A stretch of DNA of 64,000 nt from Moniliella sp. 'wahieum' (lineage: Eukaryota), in contig RSEE01000111.1 in assembly GCA_003971905.1 (NCBI GenBank), forward strand, positions 124,001 to 188,000, read 5' to 3'. Positions 53,501 to 64,000 of this stretch are shown here, piece by piece. The notes under the pieces are model-generated. The model did no database searches and had not been told where the DNA came from. It was given only the letters and a program-made list of their open reading frames with translations. The position numbers and the translations under genes were made by a program. The stretch's first letter is position 1. Every line of letters begins with the position of its first letter.

Positions 53501-55253
53501 TCGCCATCCGCCGGCGGCGCCGCCCCACGGGCCGCGCCTCTCGACTGTCTGAGGAGCGCGGCTGCCCCCGCGCTCTTGAGAACATGGCACACCCGTATTC
53601 CTACCACGAAAGTCGGCCAGCTGCTTGGCCAAAAATGGGGTCGACTGACTGTAGCCTACCCGTGGTTTGGCCCTGGCGCCGGCTGCAAAGACGCCCGCAC
53701 GAGACCAATACGTCCTTAGGCCTTAGGCGGGTACGCATAGTCGATGTCTTTCGGACGTCCAGCTTGGTACCTGCCTTCCGTTCCAGCGTAACCCGCCACC
53801 GCCTTGGGTCCGCAACGAATACGCTCAGAGCAGCCTACACAACCAGGCACCGCTGTCTCGCTACCTTCCTATTCTGTCCACCTGAGGGAACCTTCTTTTG
53901 AGGAGGGGCAGTCTTTCTTACATGAAGAGGATGTATCTGTCTCGATATCATCTTATACTCCTAGTACACGTCTCTTCGACACCCCAGGCTGGCGGGACTG
54001 TTCGCCAAAGCATCAGCCGTTGTTGCGACGCTGACTTTACCGATCGCGGTGCACGTCCGGCCTCACCAGCTCCCAGGCTCCACAGGCTCTGAAGAGTGTT
54101 CATGCGCACGTACCCGCGTAAACCACCGACTAGTAGCCTTCTCCCGTAACCCTCCTCTCCTGCTTCCTACCGCAGATGCCCATATCTCGCCCGAAATCGA
54201 TCGCCTACGCAACTGTCCTCAACGCTTCAGTATCCATTGCGGTCTCCATCACCGAGTGAACCAGGACGTCGCTACATTTTTGTTCCGCCCCTACATGTTT
54301 CTTGGCCTTACTCGCGCCATCCTACGGGCGATAGTCAACTCGCCTCGTCTCCATCGGGACACTCTCTCTGTTCGACGAAACCTTCGATGAGAATACCCCA
54401 CCCGCATCTCCTAGTCTCCGATTGTGCTTTCCTCTGCATCATGCACCTCCAGATAGTCGCCACAAATTAGAGGTTCGAGCATGGGTGATGACGAAAACGA
54501 TGGTGAACCCGTCGGGAGTTGGATGGCGTGCACAACAGAAGAGCCACAGTACATGCAAGAGTCCGACTCGCTTCGGCATTTTGGAGCAGCTGCAGTACAC
54601 CACATTTGTATCTAGTAGGAGACGGGGTGGGCTCGAGACTCAGAGGCACTCTAGTCGTACATTTCTGCGTATTTTAGGATGCGACGGCTGACCCAAACTG
54701 TCACGGGGCGATGATTGAGCCGCCTCTCCACGTCCTTATCGTCACTATCGCTTCTCGGCTTCTGTCCCTATCGTGACTCGGATTCTCTTCCTATCTAGAA
54801 AACCCACAACAATCATCGTTTCTCTCGCTCGCGCTCGTCTAAAATCTCCAGAACACCCCACATTGTTTTCGACTCGGTTTCTCGTCTCGTTTCTCACCTC
54901 GGGTCCCTCTACCCTTATTGACCCTCGCCTCTTCTCTCGCCTCGCCTCGTCCTCTCGCGCTTGGTCCCTTTTCTCCCCCTTGACTCGTTTCCTCCCCTTT
55001 TACACTGTAGACCTCTTGGTCTCCCCTTGTTCCCCTCTCTCTATAAACCTGCCTGCTCTTAGATCCAATGATGATGGCCCAAGTCGCCGACCATTCTTTC
55101 CCCTTCACCCTTCTTCTAGGCACTCCACTTCTAGACGAAACACCTTTCGATCAGCCCTCCCTCGCCCATCGGGGCTCCCCGCTTTCGCGTCCAGCCCCTA
55201 CACACACAACCTCTGCTCGCAGGCCGCTGCTCCTATCAGGAGATGGAGATGGG

Positions 55254-55961
55254 GGAAAGGATAGAGATCATATTCATCGAGTGGCATGGGAGCGAGGTAT
55301 ATATACCTCGGAGAAGAGGAGGCCGAGTGAGCTGACTCACACGGAGAAAACAAAAGGGGAGCATAGAACCAAAAGGGGAGACAGGATCTAGAACAAAACA
55401 GGGTCCAGTGAAACTGGTGAGCATCGGTGACCAGGTGAGTCTGGTCCCGACAGCTCCGGCTCTGCTCAACGCACAGCAAGGCATCACTCACGACCCTCCT
55501 ACGTTCACGCCAGTGAGCCTTGGACTTTGGATCTGAAACGCGTTCACAGTCCTCCGTGTGTCTTGTCTCCGATGGGCAGGGAAGGTCTCCGCCTGGGAAG
55601 CCAGCCACCACGTCACAAAAGGGAAGGAATGTTCCCGTTTGAAGAGCACGCATTGCATTGCGAAGAGAGGTTGACATGTACCTAGCGGTGCACGGGGGAT
55701 GGAGGAGGCATACGTCGACGGCAACAGGGGATGAGGCGACCACATCGGTGACCGCGAATAAAAAAAAGTGGAAAGGATGAGGATCATCTTCATCGAGGAG
55801 AACGGGGCCGAGGTATGTGTACCTCGGAGAAGACATGATCCTAGCTGAGTCACGTAGAGAAACAACGGGGAGGCTAAACATAAGGGGGAAACATGGTCTA
55901 GAACAAATCCAGGGCCTCGCAAACCTCCTGAGTAGGTGTGTTGACCAAGTGGATCTGATCC
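55254..55961. repeat. Diverged direct duplication of about 190 bp (55254-55448 and 55770-55961), 516 bp apart
   Basis: Aligned anchors GGAAAGGAT, TTCATCGAG, CGAGGTA..TACCTCGGAGAAGA, AGCTGA.TCAC and TCTAGAACAAA. Confidence 0.8.
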
Positions 55962-58232
55962 GAGAGCGAAGGACATGGAAGTATAGGGACCGTGCGTCTA
56001 CATACACACAACAAGAATATTAGTTGTCAAGAGGGTATAGATTAGTACACAACATGAACCTGAGAAACGGTTCGTCCCCGCCCCAGGCGTTCTCTCCCCC
56101 GCCGCGCTTTTGCCCACGCTCCATCGTGTCGCCAGCAGCTCAGGGCAATCTTCGTCTCCCAACACTGGCGGTTGGTATCGATGGAAAGCTGCGGGGAGAT
56201 GTTTTGCTAGTGATGAACCACCTTTTCCAATGATGCTCTTTTGTTGGGCGCTCATATTCTTTCGCCCAAAAGTTACGCAGTAGTGTGTGGATGGGGAGGG
56301 CAGGACGCATGTGCTGATCTCGGCAGTGTGCCCGGAGTGGGTACTGTTTTGGTTTCCTTCGGGTACTGGTATCCCTCGCCTACGGCCAGCCAGCTCTGTG
56401 GGCTGTGCGCGCGGCAGTCGGGTGCGATGGTCAGCAACCTCAATATGGTCTTGCGATATATCTTGGCCTTTTGCGAAGTTGAGAGGAATACAACCAGAGT
56501 GTGACAGACAGCATCACATGTGTGACATGTGACGTTCGCCCGGAACTGACTGCTTTGTTCCGCTCACGCCGTGATAGAACGGTGTGCCAGGGGGTTGTTA
56601 GTTAGCCTTGTTCGCCTGCGACTGCCACAACACCACAGTGCCACACAGTGCCTCCGTGCCTTTGTTTGGCCCCTTCCTCCGCCACTGGCTGCCGGCCGTT
56701 CAGGCTGCCCCGTGCTGCCGCGGATCAGCGCCCGATCGATTCCCGATCGATGTCTCATTGATTCTCTATCAATCATTCCGCCCAGGATCTGCGCCAGCAC
56801 TCAGCCACCAAGTTTCTCCTTCTTCCTCCATCTGTTTTCACCTTCTGTCTGCGTCTGTGTCTGCGTCTGCGTCTGCATCGCCGCCGGGGTGGCGCTCTGC
56901 TTGAGCCAACAACAACCCCAAGCCAAACGTTGAATATTTGAGAGGAAAAAAAAAACCGACAGTTGGGCATCACACTCATCACACCGTAGGGATACGCCCC
57001 CCGTCCCCCGTCCCAACACGTCACATGTACGCGCGATGCGCTAAGCTAAGCTACGCGCTAAGCCGCTACGTTAGCGCTAAGCGCCATGTGTGATGCGTCA
57101 CACGTCACCCGCGTCACCCGCCCCTTTTGTCTGTCCCATGTCACGTGTCACATGGCCCAAGCGATGGCAGTTTAGCCACGTTGGGTACGTTGAGCGCGCT
57201 GAGCAGGGTTTAGCCTGTTTTTGTTCTGGGCTACGCAGGTGCTCTCCCTATGTTCGGGTGGACTACGTCCTACGTTGGCGCCTGGCATCGACATTGCCCG
57301 TCGGCTGGCAGGGCGCCAGTGTGTGCCACTTGGTGCACCCGGGCGTGTCCTTGCATGTCCGATGCTGCATGTGCAACGGACCCGCCCCAGGTCACACTGA
57401 TCGCAGGTGTGAGATCCGAGGGGGCGCTTCCTCTCGTGGGCTGCCTGGGGTGCCGGTACCGCACACGTAGCAGCTGTCCCCTCTCCTCCGTACTGGCCCT
57501 GTGCTGCGGGGTTTCCATCCGGCAGGGGGCAGCAATGCACGACAGCGCGTCCGTTCCGGGCGGGGGGAAGGCAGGCGGCACGAGGCGTGTGGCGGGCGTG
57601 ATGCGACGTGCATGGTGCGTGTGGGATGGGGGGCCGAAAGCGCTACTGTGCGGCGGATGTGCATGCCGGACAGCACATCACCGGCCGGGTGCGCTGCGCG
57701 GGACACTGCTGGCCAGCGCGGGCTGTCGCGCGCGGCACCTGGCCAGTATGTACTTTCGCACGGCAGCGCCAGTGACTAGGTACTGCGAGTGCGTCGCCAC
57801 GGGGCGGGTGCTGGGATAGCGCTCTTTTATACGTGGGGGTGGATGCGCGGGCACGGGGGCGGTGTGCCCCGCACACTGCCGCCGTGCTGCCGGAATGTCA
57901 CGGCCAGGCACGGCCGGGGGCGCGCACACTGGCCGGGTGCGGGCGTGGGGCTGTCGAGCGGACGGCTGGGCGCGGGTGCCTGCTGCAGGTCGGGCGCCGG
58001 AGCACGCCCGGGCCCAGGCAGCTGGGACGGCGGTGCATGATGGGTGGGGCGGATGGGTGATGGCAGCGGCCTTCGCATGCGTACGGAGAGCATGCAGACG
58101 CCCAGCGGCATTATGCAGCAGCCACCCCCCCCCCCCCCCTTGCGCCCCCAGCGCCCCGCCTGCCCCACCGCCACCACCACCACCACTGCCACCACCACTG
58201 CCACCACCACCACCACCCCCCTTCTTCCTGCG

Positions 58233-60095
58233 ATGGCCAAGTACGACGAGCTGTCGCCCGAGGAGTACGAGCTGCGCTCCCGCCCATCCAGCGAGATGGC
58301 CGGCTACGACCCCTCGCCCCCCCCGCATCTGCAGATGCGCCACCCGCACCCGCCCCCCGCCGACACGCCCCTGCCGCTCCACATGCCCGCCTTTCTCACC
58401 CGCCACAAGCCCCAGGAGTCGGAGAGCAACATCTCCTGCCCTCGTCTGACCCCGCCTCCACCCCCCCTCCTCCCGCCGCTTCGCCCTTCTCCCCCCCCCA
58501 CCCTCCCCGTGGCGCTGGCCCTTGTCGCCGTCGTCCTCCTTGTCGTCCTCTACGTCGCCAGGCCGCCCACCTCGGCCTCCAACTTGGCCGCCGCCTTCCG
58601 TGGCAAGGCACAGGGATGGGCTACAGCATCGACCAGGACTTCCGCGTCCTCGCCCACACCAAGCCCCGCTACAACGACCCCTTCAACCCAGACGACCTCA
58701 CCTTCACCGAGGAGGAGTGCGACGCCTACTTCCCCGACCTGTACAAGGACATTGACCGCAGCGTCGCCTTCTACTCCCAGCCCCAACACAAGTGCGTACT
58801 ACCCTTTCTTTCTTCGCTGCTTCCATTCTACCCGTCCCGTCCCTTCCCGTCCCGTCCCTTCCCGTCCCCTCCCCTCCGTGCACGGGCACCATAGCTCACC
58901 ATCATCCTCAGACTCACATGGGAGTACCTCGAAAAGTCGTGTTCCGAGCCGAATTGGTCCCACCTGCGTGTGTTAATCCTCAACAATCGTCTCTACATCA
59001 AGTCCTACCGCTCAGCAGCTTTACTCGCAGCCAATCTACCCTGGCCCTGCTGCACCAGTCCCCATCACCGCACGGAGCCTCTGCCCAACGTCGAGTTCTG
59101 TATCGGGCTGGAAGACTGGCCTGGGCGGGGCAAGTTTAGCCTGGACCGCGCGCCTAACGACGAGGAGGTGTGGCTGATGCCCGACTACTCGTTCTTTTCC
59201 TGGCCGGAACACGTGGGAACGTACAGCGACGTCCGTCGTCGCATTGAGCAGGTGGAAGCGGCCACCCCGTGGGACTCCAAGATTCCCAAACTGTTCTGGC
59301 GCGGCAACATGAACGTCGGCCGGGCGGATCGGGTGGCGATGGCCAAGCGGCCGAGGGGTACCCGTGGAACGATATCAAGCCCGTCAACTGGACCTCGGGT
59401 GAAAACGCTGTCAAAATTGAGGACCACTGCAAATGGAAGTTCCAGGGCTTTGCCGATGGCAATTCGTACAGGTACGTCTCGCGTTCACTTCCCCACCCTC
59501 ACACACTCTATCGCTGCTCTCCCTGCTGTGGACGGGGACCTGTACTGACCTCTTGTCCCGTTCCTTTTCTTCCCCCGCAGCGGCAGGCTACGCTACTTGC
59601 AGAACTGCAAGACGGTCATTATCACCCACTCGCCACGCTGGCTGCAGCACTGGACCCACCTGTACAATTCCGATTGGTCCTCGCCCGACCAAAACATTGT
59701 CATGGTGCCCTACCCGCGTGATGCGCCGGCTCCCACGGGTCCGCTCCCCACGAGCAACCCCGACGACGCGCGGCTGATTAATCCTAATGCGTTCCAATCC
59801 GACCAGCCCGACCGGACGTGGGAACGATTGCCCGAGACGATGAACTTGCTGTTGCAAATGATGCCAAGGCGAAACAGATTGCCGAGACGCAGTGGAACTT
59901 TTTCCGCAACCGCTACGTCTCCCCGCGTCGGCCACGTGCTATTGGCGCAAAGCGATCAAGGGGTACGCGTCCGTGCAGAACTACACGGTTGCCTTGAACG
60001 GGAACGAAACGTCGTTTGAGAGCTGGAGCTTGATGGGCATGCGCACCTCCAAATGGCGCGACGGCATTCAACGCCGTCGTGCGGTCCGGGTGTAG
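58233..60095 (+). CDS. Glycosyltransferase family 90 (CAP10-domain), type II membrane protein
   Basis: N-terminal TM anchor (ALALVAVVLLVVLYV), EECDAYFPDLY, LPNVEF, WLMPDYSFFSWPE, PWDSKIPKLFWRG, DHCKWKF..GNSYSGRLRYLQNC and CYWRK; introns present. Confidence 0.88.
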
Positions 60096-60505
60096 GAGGC
60101 ACCGGTCTCCTCCGTATCCCGTGCCCGCACCCGGCACTTATCGGTTGGCGCTTACTTGGTGGCACGTTTTTGTTTGCACGTCCAGATCACACGTTTCTTG
60201 TACAAGGGGATCTCATACCATTTTCTCTTTTCTCTTCTTTCCAGTTGTCGGCTGGCATTGGCCTTCTGTCTCTGATGCGTCTTCGTCATCATCGATCATC
60301 AGCCTTGGCTTGGCCACCTCCTAGCATCACCTCCTTTTTCCTGTTTAACGCAGGTCGTACTGTGGGCCCCCTACCCCCACACTTTCCTCGTTGCCTCTGA
60401 TTCTGCCTCCCCTCTTCCCTCCCCCCCACCTTTTCTCTGTTCAACCGGCAACCGGGCTCGATGGTCTCTCCTCCTTCCCTGGTCCTTTATTGCCGGATCT
60501 GTTCC

Positions 60506-60554
<49 letters not shown>

Positions 60555-60566
60555 CCTCTCTCTCTC

Positions 60567-60601
<35 letters not shown>
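60506..60601 (+). repeat. (CT)n microsatellite
   Basis: About 95 bp imperfect CT dinucleotide tract. Confidence 0.95.
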
Positions 60602-62161
60602 GCCTTTGCTGCATCATGATTGCTACAGATTCTACCACAAAAAAGTACCAGGTACCAGCCACTCCAGGTACCAGCGCTTCCCTTGTAACTGCCGCGAGAA
60701 CTGGGCAAGCCGGCTAGCGTCGCAGTGCACTGACACTGTATCTCCGACTTGGTGAACGCGATGGGCGCTGAGCGCCAGGCAAGGAGGACTGCAACTGTGC
60801 CTACCAAAGTCGCGACCTTTATACAGTCGTAACGGCAACGTTAACGTGTAACTTGTAAAACGGGCAGAACAACGCCCCTCCCATCCTTGCCAATGGTCGT
60901 TTGTAGGCGTTCCGGCGGCTTCCCTTGGCGGTGCAGCAGCCGCATGCTCCTACGGCATTGGTAGATGTTGGGAGGGACGGAGAGGGCGGATGGGGGTAGA
61001 AGAAACCCAAGCGGCGACCCAATACAGCCTGCAGCCAGCCACAGCACACGAGCAGCGTCCCATATTTGGATTGATTGGCTCCATTGGCAGATCGCATTCA
61101 ACTTTCAAATACGCGCTCGCCAAACGACTTGGCCAGGCACTGGTCCAGTGTGTGTCCCCGGTGCGCTGCGTTGAGCGTGATGTGTCGGGATGAGTCACCG
61201 GGCGATGCGTCACGCGTCAACATCACGCGTCACGGTAGATGGCTGGCAATTTGGCACGACCGATTGGTTGATAAGCTGATCCCAAGCCTCCCGTCCACCT
61301 GCGCACGTGTGTTGCACACGACCGGAACGGCTTCGAGACGAGGCATTCCAGCTCCTGGGTCCTTGCGTGGGAGATGGGGATTGTCCCAGGACGTGGTTTC
61401 GCGACAAGGTGCACGAGGTGAGGCAGAACATGTCCACGTCCACGTTGGATGGCATTGCGCTTCAGGGACGTTCCTGATTTTCCATGCACCTGCTTCGCTC
61501 CCTGCAGCTGGAGGGCGAGCAGGTGAGCGGGAGGTGTGCTCGCCAAGAGCGACACGCTTCTGTACGACGTTTGGACCGATCCGCGCAGACGAGACTCCCT
61601 GGGATAGGAAGGACGGTCACGTTGACATGCTCAGGAGCTGGACGGGAGTGTGCGACCGCCCGCTCGGCTCGTACGCCCCCCCTCCCCTTGCGGAGATCGA
61701 CGATTCTCTTGTCCCCATTGGTTGTGCCCCATGTGTCGTACACGACGCGAGAGCTTACGGCGCAACGCCAGTGCGGTAGGGAGATGTGGGAGCAGAGTCT
61801 GCTGGCGCTATTTTATACTTACACCCGACCTTCAATGGGGCCCATGGTCGCATTGACTGTGGTTGAGCACAGCAATGCGTTCCCCTCCACTGGACACTGG
61901 ACTTTCCCCCTCGATATCAGCAGCCAAGTGCCTCGAGATCATCGCCAAGCAGGTTCCCGTGGGTCGGCAGCTTCGTTCCCTGTGCCGCTCCCCGCGCAAG
62001 CAAGTTGCAGTGTGGTTGGGGTGTCCTCGCTTGAGCACAGCACATCTTGGCTTGCACCTGTACCCAGTTCAAATTTGGCCGCGTATTGCACGAGGCTGTA
62101 CGGAAGCCCATCTTCCAGCTCGCGCGCTCCATCCCGAACCTCACCATTCTCAGCTATCCGC

Positions 62162-63329
62162 ATGGGGAGAAGAGGACGAGACGCGGCGTCGGAGGAAGGC
62201 GAGGTGGAGGGACTCCCGAGTGACGGCAACCCGAAGCGTTTGCGGGATCTAGAATGGAAGTTGATTACACCCCTGAGGGACTCAGGGACAAATGAAGGCA
62301 TGGTTGCGTACCGGAAGGTGCTGCCTGAAGGGACTGCAACACCTGCGCAACGCCGGGAGAAGGTGCTACTTCGACTGTTGGGACGAGCAAAACGCGACGG
62401 GAACGCCAAGAACCCGGGACGCACTCAAGACCCTTTCCCTTTGGTTTTGACCACACGAGGATACTATGCCACCAAGACGGGGGCAAGGTGTTTGAGCACT
62501 GGAAGGAAATAACTACTGAGTCTCAATGGAGACGGTTCGCTGCTCGGATGTCTACCGCGCTCGTTCGTATTTACACGCGCCACCTCGGGTTTGGAAACGG
62601 ATGGCGGGTGCCAGAGGGCCCTGACCTGCGGGCGCCTCTACTTGCTTCTTCAGTAGGTACGCACGAGCTAGCAGCCCACGCCGGAGGAGCGAGCCGACAT
62701 GCGCAGTGTTTCTTTGACCTTGCTCAAGTTCTGCAAGTGCAATGAATTCTTGGTGTAGGTATTGGCCTTTCTTCTCCTCCTTCTCCCTTCTGGCCTTTAC
62801 CTGCCTTGACGGTTGCCTCCTCAGAATCACATCCCCCTTTCTCCCTTTAGCAAAGTTCTGAGCTCGCGCATCGGGACGGATCTGGCTCGCGGCTTACCCA
62901 CCCCCGACCCGCCCTGGCTGTTGGTCAACATGTTGATACACCGCTTCGTCTCACCCAATACTGACCGCCCAGATCTCCTTGACTCACTATCCCTTCCATA
63001 TGAAGCACTCTTCTCACCTCACACCTCGTGCTTGCTGCTGCCGGAGGACAGTGTCGCCCTTTTCGCTCCAACACTTACTAACTCCAGGCCACCACCATCT
63101 TGAGCCAGCAACGCTCGGCGCACGTCGTGCCACCCACGCCACTTGTTCGCTATCTTCTCATCTTGCCCATCTGAGGGACCTGCTGATGAAGAGCCGGAGC
63201 GCTTGTTTTTCTGAGGATGAAATTGATCGTCTCGCGCTGTCATCCTACGCCCATACCTCTTCTACAGGCGCGAGACTGGTGAGGTTGTTGGGCTGTGGCT
63301 CTACTCATGCAGTCCTGCATGGGCGATAG
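62162..63329 (+). CDS. Possible hypothetical or degenerate gene (unrecognised)
   Basis: Successive + strand ORF pieces with protein-like composition (MGRRGRDAASEEGEV..., FEHWKEITTESQWRRF..., LVNMLIHRFVSP...). No recognisable motif. Confidence 0.3.
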
Positions 63330-64000
63330 GCATCACCCCTCTTACCTGTCCGGTCCTTCCCTTTGCTCCATGCGGTACTAGTCGCGACTGTCATGCCCAA
63401 CCTTTTCCACAACATCCTGTACCTTTCCCAGAATCAGGGGTGCCTAGTACCTCCGTTCTCCTTCTCCTTCAGCACATCTGTTCGTCCCTCTCACCCAGTC
63501 GCTGCTTAAGCTTGCCAGCAACCATCACTTTGCATCCACTTCTCGTTCACCTACCCTCTTGTTGGCTTTTTATCAGGAATCATTACTGTTTTCGCTGTTG
63601 GTATTGGGACCCGGCCATATCAACAGTGGCTCTCGTTGGCGTAGCCCGCATGACCTCATGCGAACGTGGCTGGCCACTCCGGCCCCACCATGTACCACAC
63701 CCGGCCTAACCCTTGTACCCAGGCCTGCTTGTTGAGGCAAGAGCAGACGAACATAAGAACAGTACGAGGCGCCATGCGTCCCATTTTGCCACACATAAAT
63801 GAACGTCCAACATATTGTCAACGTATATAGGTCGAGGCCTCGAGTTGGCTACGGGCTACAACAGCCACGCCACTGGGCTAACTGTATGGCCGGTACTATG
63901 CGCGCTGTATATATGCTGTGTCTTTAAAACGCGTTCAGCACCCTGGTCACGTCAGAAGTTTTGAGCCGCTGTAGGCGCGGCCGGCCGTTGCAGATGCACG

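Noticed and set aside
55808..55845. Helitron 3' end (hairpin followed by CTAG)
   Set aside because: CTAG is not followed by T, the other copy lacks CTAG, and similarity between the copies continues past this point.

Overview
GC-rich fungal genomic DNA, most likely a basidiomycete. Short, sparse GT..AG introns with CTAAC/CTGAC branch points fit Ustilaginomycotina, but that placement is inference. Nearly every conserved gene carries several 1-2 nt frameshifts, as expected of an unpolished long-read consensus, so gene boundaries are approximate. Recognisable genes in order: Ran1/Pat1-like kinase, OPI3, DUF676 lipase, Mtf2-like protein, GET3, PSF2, a GCR1_C-domain protein, an intron-containing tRNA-Thr(AGT), a divergent non-RD NEK-like kinase, GAD1, OTU1, UBP15/USP7, URM1, an orphan coiled-coil gene, GAPDH, RPC82, an FCY2-type permease and a GT90/CAP10-like glycosyltransferase. 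A compact 1.4 kb Copia-like LTR element (TGTTG..CAACA LTRs, CGGC target duplication) has an atypical primer-binding site that may match a tRNA-Tyr anticodon arm. The most distinctive unexplained signal is in the long intergenic spacers, which carry locally amplified short palindromes (CTNAG, AAGCTT, ACTAGT/GTSAC/ACATGT, GGTACC) in both orientations. No clearly new multi-gene system can be demonstrated from the sequence alone.
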